The notes under the pieces: generated by a model
The model's input: the letters and a program-made list of their open reading frames with translations, nothing else
Databases searched by the model: none
Told to the model about the DNA's origin: nothing
Shown: piece by piece, positions 28,090-39,000 of the stretch
Layout of the letters: every line of letters starts with the position of its first letter
Position numbering within the stretch: position 1 is the first letter of the stretch
Assembly: GCA_036172245.1 (NCBI GenBank)
Contig: JAYWIR010000007.1
Span: 1,798,001-1,862,000 of the forward strand
Direction of reading: 5' to 3'
DNA length: 64,000 nucleotides
Source of the DNA: Raillietiella orientalis
Taxonomy: Eukaryota
Translations under genes and position numbers: made by a program

Positions 28090-28227
28090 ACTGTCTTTAT
28101 GCATATATGCCTTTATCCAATGTATACATGACTTTTTGATACCAAGGTTATGCTATAATTAAAAAAAAAATGATATTCTGGATGTGGCTCAGATGGTGAA
28201 CATAAAACCTAGGCTGGTATAAAATAT
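28090..28227 (+). repeat. Left arm of 138-bp near-perfect inverted repeat (partner 32113-32251)
   Basis: actgtctttatgcatatatgcc...cctaggctggtataaaatat is the reverse complement of 32113-32251, apart from two differences in the central A-run. Confidence 0.97.
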
Positions 28228-30030
28228 TTAATAAAATAATTCTTTGGAATATCACCTTACGATTGAAATTATTCAACAAGCATACATCGTTTTTCAAATT
28301 GGTTTCATCTGAATTTTTGTATCCTTATGCTGAATGGTGATTTCAGTTATTGCAACCCTATTACTATGTAGTTTCGTAGAAACATTCTTCTCCCAAGAAC
28401 TGTTAAGTCGTTCTTGGAAGTGTATTCTTCAGCATTGACTTCTATAATAGCGTACAAAACTCACATTCTCTTCGAATTTACTCCCCATCTTCATTCTTGG
28501 TAACATGTTGAAAAAGCGATTAAGGTCTCACTACTTCAGTAGCATATATGAAAACTAACGAGAGCTAAATTTTAAACAAAAAGTTACTTTGCAATGCAGT
28601 AAGGGTTCCGACGAATCGTATTCCTTAACGGATGAAAGATATTCCTTTCATTTGATTTCGAAGGCGAAATTCAGAATATTTAACGTTTCTGATTATGGTT
28701 TTCCATCCTTGCGTGTTCTACTCTCATGGATCAGTTTCCCATATTTCATTATGCGCATTTTTTTCTAATATTTAATGTGGATGTAGCTATATGTAAACTA
28801 GGATATTCTAAATTCATCTGTAAGAATATAATTCTGTGTACTCAGCGTCTAACTCGGTGCAAAAGGGAAAACTATTTCAATTCTTTAATGGTTTCAAACT
28901 ACATTAGTAGACATTGTGCTTTGCTGACTTGAAAAACCATTTCGTTTTCCAATTTTCCTTATTGCCATCTTTCGATGAACTGGTGCATTTCTTAATTATT
29001 TTCTATCCATAATTATATTCTCACAGGTTTCATTTTGTGCCTTTCATCTTTACAGCTGTTTCCATAGAAGTACACTTCCTGCTCAAAATCTTATTCGAAC
29101 CGACTGCCTCATCTAGTCGCTTCTGGAAACCAGCAATTGTTTTTTTTTTTTTTTATCAACTCAAGCAAAAACTGTTTTTTAAGCCAACTTAAGAAAAGGG
29201 AATTGTAGCGTTAAGGTATGCAAAGGAATGAATATTTCGTCATTAAAATAAGTTTAAGAACACCCCGTTGTGCTATTCTATCCTCAAACCAAAAATCACA
29301 CCCGAAAAAAGTGTGGTGCGACTGCAGCCATAATACTCGATTTCGAGCAATTTGCTTCTGTATAGGGAGGACTGTCGTGAGGAATTTCAGCTACCTGAAA
29401 AGGAAAGATCGTATCTCAGGCTTTTTTAAAATTTTGCTTCTTATTTGTAAGGAAAAATTGGATTTCTATCGGTGCGTGACATTAAAAAGTGCCGATACCG
29501 GTGGTTGAGACGTTCCCTCCGAAAGTTGGCTAAGTCGATAAAGTACGGTTTTCGTGGTCGTTAGTGCAAATTGGCTGGCACATACGGTTGTTACAGATTA
29601 CTGTAAAAGTATTTTTGCCTCTTTTCTCTCCAAATCGCCGATGTACTTGTTTGAAATCGTTATCGTTAAACATGTTTTCCATACGAGTTGAGGTTCATTC
29701 ACACAGTAAATTTTCAACTTATTCAGTTTCCAACTTCATGTCGTTTGATAGGATTAAGAAACCAGTATCGAAGGCATTGGAATTGCTTATTCAGAGTTCG
29801 TTGGGAAAGTAGATAGTTGATTAGTACGAACTCGTTTTATCAGCATCAACTTTGTATACCAGGACGTGTTAAACCGATGTGTGGAAAGTAATAGATTTAA
29901 AATTTATCCATGGAATATTGACATAATAAAAAGCACCATATTTTTTGTGGTTACTGTCTTTATTCAGTGAAGCTCAAAAATGTTTACATTCAGCATTCAT
30001 CGCATAGTAATACTCTTGCAGTACTAAGCC

Positions 30031-30052
30031 ATGGATCACGAGGATTCTCCAG
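30031..30052 (+). CDS. Nck: Candidate alternative first coding exon of Nck (MDHEDSP-G), within exon 30022-30052
   Basis: It has a tcttgcag acceptor (AG ends 30021), a gccATGG Kozak context and a CCAG|gtataag donor in phase 1. That phase matches the acceptor at 32920. Confidence 0.55.
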
Positions 30053-32112
30053 GTATAAGCATATTTTTATGTTTTTGTGTTCCCCCCCCCCCCTTTTTTT
30101 TCCCCTATAAATCCTGAACGTTTATGTAAACAAATGTCAAATCATTGAAATCCAAAAGGAAATGCTGATTGGGATGGTTAGGTTTATACTGGACATGCAG
30201 CTCATAGCCAAGCAGCTTGCATCCACACAATTGCCCTTTGAAAATATGTCTAACAACAGGGTTTCTTAACAAAAGTCATAATTAGAATAGCATGTGATCG
30301 ATATGTTTAGGTGCACGTGATGATTTCCCGGTAATGAACGCATCAAACATCCATGATGTTGATATCTTGGGGATACGTTAGTTGGTGCTTATTCTTTTCT
30401 GTAGTGTTGCTCCTTTATTTAAAGGAAGCTATCCTCACTCTATATGTAATAATCTTTAATATTTAATGTTTTTAAATAATTTGAAAAATTCTTGGATTGA
30501 TGAAAGTAAGATGTGATCTGCAAAATCAAAGCTTTGCATTTAGAAAGTTTGATAAGAATAAGTTGGTCAGAATTCCGGTGATTCTCTTGATGATGCTGTG
30601 AAACGTTCAGTTGACTTGAGGAGATTATGTCTTAAAACAAAGAGCTTTTAAGAAAGATTTATCAAGATAATAAAGTGAAAGATATTTATAAACAAACAAA
30701 AACATTGTGTATTAGGGGAATAAAATGAATTTATAAGTTGTTGTCATTCTTATATTTGAAATATGTATTGTGAATGAATGATAAGATTGAATGGATGCCC
30801 TTCTAGACTTGAAAATGAAACGATTTGGAATGCGTTTTGAAAAAATCTTTTGATGATACTAGTATAATTTCTTAGGTTAGTCTACTCAGAATGAGAAAAA
30901 AAAAAAAAATACATACACCAAAAAATAATGCATTTTGATTGCTTTGGTGTTGGAAACGAGATGTGCAGTTCTTTTTTTAAAAAAAAAAAAAATAATAATA
31001 ATTACAGACACTGAATTCCATATGTGCAGATCAGCAAGCTTTTCTTTGGATCCTTTTAAGTAAACACTTTCTGAAGTGTTTCACCTGGGAACAATAAAGT
31101 GTTTTTAATGTTTAAAGTTGTTAAATGGTGTGTGATGCCAAAACATTGGATACTGTAGTTTACTCTGGTGGGTTTGGACTGTTGGAAAGATTCCCTTAGT
31201 CATGTAAACATTAGTATTACAGTGCTTTACTGATTTTTATATGTTCATATTCCAAGTTAATATCAGCTTTATAGACAAAACCTAAAGTAGGTGTTTGATT
31301 ATGTTTTCCTTGTGTTGTATCTGCTTGCATAGTTGATAGTATTTCCAAATGATTTGAGACCATCTTATCAGTTTCAAATTATATAAGAATGAACATTTTT
31401 AGAAGGTTACATGTAACAGTGAAAATTGACTTTATTGTTGTAAAGTTTTCATTTATTTTGCATTTGATTCATCCATAAGTATTTTCAATTAAGTAGTTAA
31501 TCAGTCTGCTTTATTTTTGAGTCTGATGCTTTAATAAATTCATCAGACTTGCACATTCCACAAGGCAGCTATTTTTAAAAAATTTTGTTTCAAACAAGGA
31601 AGCCTAAACAGAGATATTTTCAAAAATATTTTGGTTTAAAAAATGTAATTTTAAAAACATTTCTGTTTAAAAAAAAAAACGGTAATCCATAAAATAATTG
31701 TAATTTCATTTTATGCCCTTTGGACCAGTGTTTTTTCATGTCACAATGTGAATTGAAACTTTATTGTTTTTGATGTATGCAATTGCATAGCTTCTTGCAG
31801 GGGGCTCTGGACTATCTTTCTGTTTTGTGTTTCTAAAGAGGTAAGGTAAGTGCCAATGTGAATTGCTAGGAAGCTTTTCAGAAATCAAGAATTACAAGTT
31901 TCCCTGGCTTTTCATAAATTAATGTTATAAGAAAGTAAAGATGTGTTTCCTAAATCTTCAAATCTTATTCCATATTGGAGCTTTCAGTTATTGCCATTCC
32001 CATATTTAGGTATGCATATCTGAAGAAATTGTTTAAAAATTCAAACATGTTCATTATAAGGAAGTTTGTTTGTATCAAAAATAACCATACTAGAAATTTC
32101 AAAGATAAAATT

Positions 32113-32251
32113 ATATTTTATACCAGCCTAGGTTTTATGTTCACCATCTGAGCCACATCCAGAATATCATTTTTTTGTTAAATTATAGCATAACCTTGGT
32201 ATCAAAAAGTCATGTATACATTGGATAAAGGCATATATGCATAAAGACAGT
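32113..32251 (-). repeat. Right arm of inverted repeat (partner 28090-28227)
   Basis: atattttataccagcctagg...ggcatatatgcataaagacagt; the arm ends about 57 nt upstream of the acceptor at 32308. Confidence 0.97.
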
Positions 32252-32352
32252 ATGCATGAGGCAGTATCTCAATTCTGTGTTCATCAAATCAGACAAATGT
32301 TGTTTCAGATTGTTTGGAGAACACTGCTGCTGTTCTTGAAGAACTTTAAGAT

Positions 32353-34156
32353 ATGAGCAGCCTTAAAATGAGTAAGTAACTATTGAATGAAAGTTAATAA
32401 GTGTATTCGAATTTCTTTTAAAAGTGAGCCATTTATGATGGAATGCTCAGGAATTTGACTGGTTGATTTTATTTTGTCATTTGGCTTTAGCAGCTCTCTC
32501 AGTCATTGCATTGAATACAAGTATCAGAGATTGAAGTGATTGCAAAGTTAATCATTGCCTGATTGCTATTCATTAATGTGTGCTTCTAATTTAATGGTCA
32601 TGAAATCTTGGGAATATGAGTAGAATGTTTTCTTACTAACAATTCTGTAACATTTGTCGCATATCAAGTTTCAGAAGTTCGATTTTGTTTGTCTTTAATT
32701 TATTTTTTCATTATTTTCCGTTTTATTTTGCCTTGATCTGATCTGGACTGATTGGTGTGTGTTGAGTTGTTCACTGAATCCTAGCAAGTTCTCAACTTTG
32801 TTCATTTTTTGAATGCATGCTTTTCTTTCTGACTTTCATTTTCTGGATGCATTTTCTTATCTCCTGACAAAAGACCAAAGAGTTCACTGTTGTTTTCCAG
32901 TTATATTGTTTTGTTTTAGGTAAAACCAGTGTTGGTGATTTGTGCTACGTAACAGCAAAATATGACTATCTTGCCCAAGGAAGTCAGGAGTTAGACCTAC
33001 ATAAGAATGAAAAATTGTTGCTGCTTGATGACTCTAAAAATTGGTGGAAGGTGCAAAACAGTCGCAATCAAGCAGGATATGTACCAAGTAATTACGTTAA
33101 ACGAGATAAGCACTCTATCTTTGACAGGTAGTTGAAGGTTGTGTATTTTTTTTGTCATTTTCTGTTTTTTGGTAATTCAGTATTAAAAACATTGGTAAGA
33201 CAAAGAAAGGATCTGGTTGCCAGACTCTTCCATCAGGATCTCCTTCCCATGAGCAAGATTCTCCTCTGACTACACGCTGTCTGCCTGTTGATCCTTCCGA
33301 AGGTCTTGGATTCGCAGTAGTTAAATACAATTATCAGGCCCAGCAAGCTGATGAACTCTCTCTGCTTAAAGGAAACCGTGTCTTAATCCTGGAAAAATCG
33401 AATGATGGCTGGTGGCGTGGACAATTAAGTGATGGCAAATCAGGATGGTTTCCCAGCAACTATACTCTAGAGGAAGATGAACAAGTGCATACATATGCAC
33501 GTGCCGAAAATGTATTGGATATTGTGGTTTCCTTATACAGTTTTGTAGCTCAGAATGACCAAGAGCTTAGCTTTAGCAAGAATGAAAAACTCGAAATTCT
33601 AGATCGACCATCATCAGATCCTGACTGGTACAAAGCCCGCAATTCCAAAGGACAAATTGGTCTTGTTCCCCGTAACTATTTGCAAGAAGTGCATCGAATA
33701 GAACAAGATCCGTATGAGCCTCACAACGATTGCATGAAAGAAAATTCCAACAGCCGTACACCCGCAACTCTAGGAGCACAAGACAAGATCTCATTGATGG
33801 TCAAAGATTGGTATTATGGTAATATATCGAGAGCCCAAAGTGATGCTTTGCTCAGTGAATTTGGAAGAAACGGCGATTTCTTAGTACGTGATAGTGAAAC
33901 CAATGTAAGTCGAAAGTTTTCGTGTAAGTCGTGTTTCATTTGCTTTCAGACTGGGGACTTCTCAATTTCTGTGAAAGCCGCAGACAGGAATAAGCATTTT
34001 CGAATTCAGGTCGAGGGCACTCAGTATTGCATTGGACAACGACGGTTTCCATCCATTGATATGCTTATTAACCATTACCAGCGTGCTCCAATCTTCACCA
34101 ACCAGCAAGGGGAAAAATTATACTTAGTTCGACCCCTGCCACGTTCCAGTCTTTGA
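32353..34156 (+). CDS. Nck: Nck/dreadlocks SH3-SH3-SH3-SH2 adaptor protein; 4 coding exons 32353-32371, 32920-33127, 33181-33904, 33950-34156 (1158 nt, 385 aa)
   Basis: The spliced translation reads [45 protein letters not shown] (SH3-1), [30 protein letters not shown] (SH3-2), [32 protein letters not shown] (SH3-3) and [47 protein letters not shown] (SH2). All introns are GT-AG with consistent phases. The first coding exon is the least certain. Confidence 0.96.
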
Positions 34157-35147
34157 CACAATCAGCAAACCTGTGAGGATTCTAGTCTCATGATCAAAGC
34201 CTTATCAGCAGGCTGGTCATAACTCCCAAATTTCATGCATTGCATTCTCGCCTTTGTTTAGGTGTTATCTATCATCATGCTTTAAGTTTTACTTATGCTA
34301 GCAAATGTCAAAATACATTTTTTTATATATGTTATAGCAGCTGATTTGATGCAAATGTACTTTAAAGTATGAAAGTACTTTAGAGCCCAATAATTTTATC
34401 CATTTTGCTGGTGGCAGTGGGGTGGTTACTGCTTCAGAATTATGCACCGAGGATGACTGTTGGCGCCGTGTGCAAATGTTAGTTCAAATCGATACCTAAA
34501 CTGCAAAATGCCCCCATGTTATCAGGACCACGGTTCTGGTTAAGCCATCACTTTTAAACTTGAACTTATGCCTCCCCCAAATTTTCAAGTTTAAAGTTTT
34601 ACAAATACATACAAGCTACGATAATGTAGAAAAGTCGAAATTCAATAGTAGCGGACTGTATTTACATTAGTGTGAAATTTGAAGTGAAACTTTATTGTTA
34701 TGACTGACTGTCACTCTGTAGAATAATGATGCGGTTCCAAACAAACCATCTGCGATGTTTATTTTTCTGTCTTTGGGAATCATTAGTAATGTGCATCATT
34801 AATGACCAAATTTTTGCACACAACAGAAGAACATTGATATGTGTCAACAATTCCTTCCTCCCTGCTCTCTCTTGGCAGCAGCCTTTCGAAAAAAAATTTT
34901 TATTGCCTTCTATAACAACATCAAATATTGAAATGGGAGCACTGGCTTTGCTCCTTAAACACGTACCACACTTGTGAGTAGATTTGGAAGTTGTCTATTC
35001 AAATACGATTGGATAAAGGATTACTTTTGACATGATATATATGGTTGTACCTATCAGCACAGTTTATCTGCTTTTTATTTTTCCTTTAAAATGTGCTGAC
35101 TGTCAGCATTTACCATTTATAATGGAAGTGTTAGTTATCCATTTATC

Positions 35148-35196
35148 AATAAATATATAATTGCTTTTCGAGTAGTACTTCACTGAAATTTTGCAA

Positions 35197-35200
<4 letters not shown>
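35148..35200 (+). terminator. Candidate Nck polyadenylation signals (AATAAA at 35148 and 35195)
   Basis: Two AATAAA hexamers lie about 1 kb after the Nck stop codon. Confidence 0.45.
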
Positions 35201-35227
<27 letters not shown>

Positions 35228-35720
35228 AAAAAACGTTCTGAAATTCATTTCGAATCTATTTTTGGAATTGGAAAATAGATTTTTGTTTTTTTATACTAAA
35301 TAAGTATGTCTTGGGCAGTGATCACTTTGTTCAATGAGAAAATACATCAGCCTACGGTGATGACCATAATACTGTTCGAGCATTTGGCTTGAAATGATGT
35401 CTGTCACCTTCTTCTCAATTACTTTGCTGCAAAACAACATTCAACAGTTTCATTGGAGTCTGGTGAAATAACGGGCACAGCCTCTGGAATAAAAACACAG
35501 CACGTCTTGACTCAGTTTTTTTCCCCCAAACTTACAAACTTAGGTCTGCCTGATAGAATGTTTCTTACAAATCTGTAAAATTAATATGGCTACTCGGATG
35601 AGATTTTTGCCTTCCAAAATTTCGACCGGGCTACATAATTTATCCTGATACAAGAATGCAAAGAAATTAAAATTAAATAATTTGTGAACCCCGAAAGGAA
35701 ACACAGTATCATCAGAACGT

Positions 35721-35726
35721 TTTATT
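35721..35726 (-). terminator. Candidate LRCH polyadenylation signal
   Basis: TTTATT on + (AATAAA on -) lies about 360 nt downstream of the LRCH stop codon. Confidence 0.45.
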
Positions 35727-36083
35727 ACATTGCAAATCCATTATACTATGAAAAATAAATGAAAAGGGTACAAGTGGTGGTAACTACATTTTTGTGCTCG
35801 CATGACACTGTCATGAAAACACTTGACATGAGATCTTTTTGGCTACATTCATTGTGGAATGTTTCCGGTATTTGGTCACTAGATTTGTAATAAAACGCCA
35901 ATAACGCAAACAAAAAGGAAGAAAAGGGACTGCACCGCCGTCACACTCTCCGACTGCGATTATCCGTTTCAAAAGGTTCAGTGGTTTGAGCGAGGCTTGC
36001 GACAAGCAGGAGCAGAGCTGAGAAAGGAGGAGGGAGGAGAGGGAAAAAAGAAAAAAATGCATCCGGAACTTTCATGAGAGACT

Positions 36084-39000
36084 TCAAGGCATGAAATACA
36101 AAATTAAGCACGTGGTGATGAAAATTAGTATGCGCAATACATCTGCCAAGAAAGTGGCTCTACGGTTCTGGACGAACAGCATGCGTATCGAAAGCAAAGC
36201 ATTTATGGTGAGACACAGCTTATCCAATTGTGGCAAGTTTTCCCCTAGGATATCTTCGACACTACACAGGTTTTCCTAAAATGCAAAACAAAGTTCCTAG
36301 AAAACAAAAAAAAACAGAAGTGGTCCAATCGAGTTAATGGGAAAATTTTTCAAAATATTTTTGATATTCTCACAAGAGGGGGGAAAGGGGAATGGAGCAC
36401 AACACGAATGCTCTTTCGCTAAGGTGTACACGAGGCCGTGGATTACACGTGTGGCACGCTCATCGATCGAGAATGTACATGAGATCCATACGGAATGCGG
36501 AAGAGCGAAAAGCGGAAATTGGCTTGAACGGAAACGCGCGTCAGCTGTGAAACGTCGAAACTTATTTCAGCAAAGAAATGAAACGACACCCACAAAAACA
36601 AAAAACAAATTAAAAATCCGTCGTCTGCCAAGTGAAAGCAAGACGTACCGCAGTGGGCAGCTACGGTACACGTTGCGTCAAAACGAGAACAGGCACGTAC
36701 ACTGACCAGCAACTGACTGGTTTACGTGTTGCCATTAAGCGACCTTTGGTCAACTTGGTGGAAAAAGTCGCTTTCCTTATTCACCAAATAACCCGTGGCT
36801 AAAATCCCGGACCTTAGCAACGCCGGGAAAAAAAAGGACATGGAACCACCAGACTGCACAAGTGGCTGGTTGCTGCTTGGGGATCCACGCGTGGCACACA
36901 CCGGCATCGCAGTGGCGGAGCACCCCTCGGACCTAACGAAAAGGCCGTCGAGTCTTCCGGTGGACACGAGACGAAATCATTCAAGTTCCACGGAGGCAGG
37001 GAAACCACAGCAACGGAGCCGATCATCCCCTGAAGCCAACTCCTCCTCAAAAAAGACAACGGAGAAACAGGAAGCGAAGGCATCAACCACGTATTCTTCA
37101 ACAAGCCCAATGTCCGCGATGGAGGCCCGCAGCAAACGGCACCAATCCACATTTAGATTTTCAGTATGGAAGGAAGTCGCAAACGATGCGGTCGAGCAAT
37201 CCCAAATCGACAAACCTCATGACCTCGCCGTAAAGAAGAACAGCACAGGATAGCACGGGGTTCCCACATGGGGGTCGCTGACGGGAGAAAGCAGCAAACC
37301 ACCACGGGTAGTTCACCTCGCCTACAGTAGGAAATAGGAAGACAGCACCCAACACTTTGCTGCAGTTGAGGAGACCGAGCAGTTCCGGTTTGGTCGCGCG
37401 TCACCGGGCGGAAAACGAGCCGCAGGCACACCGCTCGAACTCCGAAGTTTGCTGATCGCACGCTTTGGTCAACTGCCACGAGTCGGTTCCGAGTTCTCGC
37501 GGCGACAGAACACTTTCGGCCGCTCCCTACAAGTGCATGCGTGCTGCAGACGATTTGGCCAATACCTCTGTGCTCTTCGCCACTGCACATATTGCTTTCG
37601 TCGAACGCGCTGCACCGAGTAGAGTGCTGCTCGTTCATCAACCATTTTTCTTTTTTTTTTTTACGATAGGAGAGTATCGAATGCTCGAAGGTTGCCTGGA
37701 TACAGCCTGGAAAGCCATGGAAACCTCCTACAGAAACACTGCTGAATCGAAAACCCCAATTCCATTTTCTCCCAACACGACGAAGTGCTTCACTTGGGAT
37801 GAAACGCTTAACAAGCGCGATGTGCTCGAGCAACACCGGAACACAGCATTCAGTTGGTTAGAAAGGTCTTGGTGAAAGAAGAGAAAACTCCAACTGCTGT
37901 CGCAAAACTTCCTGGCGCGATTTACGACACTTTTTCAAAAAGCACACGTAGTGGTGAGAGCAATCTTTGGAGGGCAGGTGAAGCAACGCCAACGCTCATC
38001 GGAGGAAAGAGCGCATCGGATGCCACTGCCCTTGCATCTGAGCATCCTGGCAGCGAGTAACGAGTTGCTGTTCACACACTATGCTCAATTTGATGCTGGA
38101 TGGATGGACGTGTGCAAAGATGGAAGCATCGCAGAGCAATGAATTAAATCACAAAAGTTGCATGGATGCTGATCGTGGCGGATGATGTAGAAAACCACTA
38201 GTAGAATCCCTGATGGAAATCCTTCTTTTCTGTCTTCGCAGTTCTTCGACACGGTTCCACGCCACCCGAGGGTGGGTAATTCTTCAAGATAGGAGGTACC
38301 CTGGGAGAGACCCCCGCCCTATGAATCCAGAGAGGACTCCTCTCATGCATGGGGAGGGATCCCCGGGAATGGAGATCACCTCCACTTTGGTTGTCTCCGA
38401 AGGGGAATCCAGAAGGAGACCTCCTTCCTTATTCTCTCCGGAGGACCCCCTGGGGGTCCGCTCCATTCTTTCTTCTCTGAAGGGAACCCGGAAAGGATCC
38501 GATCCTGGAATTTCTTCTCCGGAGGGATCCTCGCAAGGGATCCACTCTTGTTTTTACTCTTCTGAAGAGAACTCCGGAGGGACGCTTCCGGAATTCAGAA
38601 GGACGCAGCTTCCCCGAAGGGATCGGCTCGCTTCTCTGCACTCTCGCTGGGGAAGTGGTGGCGACACACCTACTCCATCAGTACGACGGGGAGGGTTCCC
38701 TCGAAATGGAGGGTCCGCTCCTTCACAACCGGAGGAGAGTTCCCACTCCGTGATTCCTGGAAGGACCCAGAGGTCGACTCCCATTTGTCCCGGGTTCAAG
38801 AAAACAACCTCCTCAAATTTCGCGCTGGACTTGAAGGGATCTCTGCTTTACAGAACCCACTTGGGTCCAGCAAAAAAACTGCTTTTTTGCAGATTCACTT
38901 CACGCTTAAAGATACCGATGCATCTTCACGGCTGCTGGTGTCATATGAATGCACGGGGAAGCTGCAAGCAACTATAAATTTACAGAAAACCAAAAAAAAA

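Noticed and set aside
28090..32251. The inverted repeat as TIRs of a 4.2-kb Mutator/foldback transposon
   Set aside because: There is no target-site duplication (aggttattc vs atgcatgag), no transposase, and the interior looks like host intron/exon sequence.
35195..35232. AATAAA plus a long A run as evidence that Nck is a retrocopy
   Set aside because: Nck retains its introns, and long A runs are common throughout the window.
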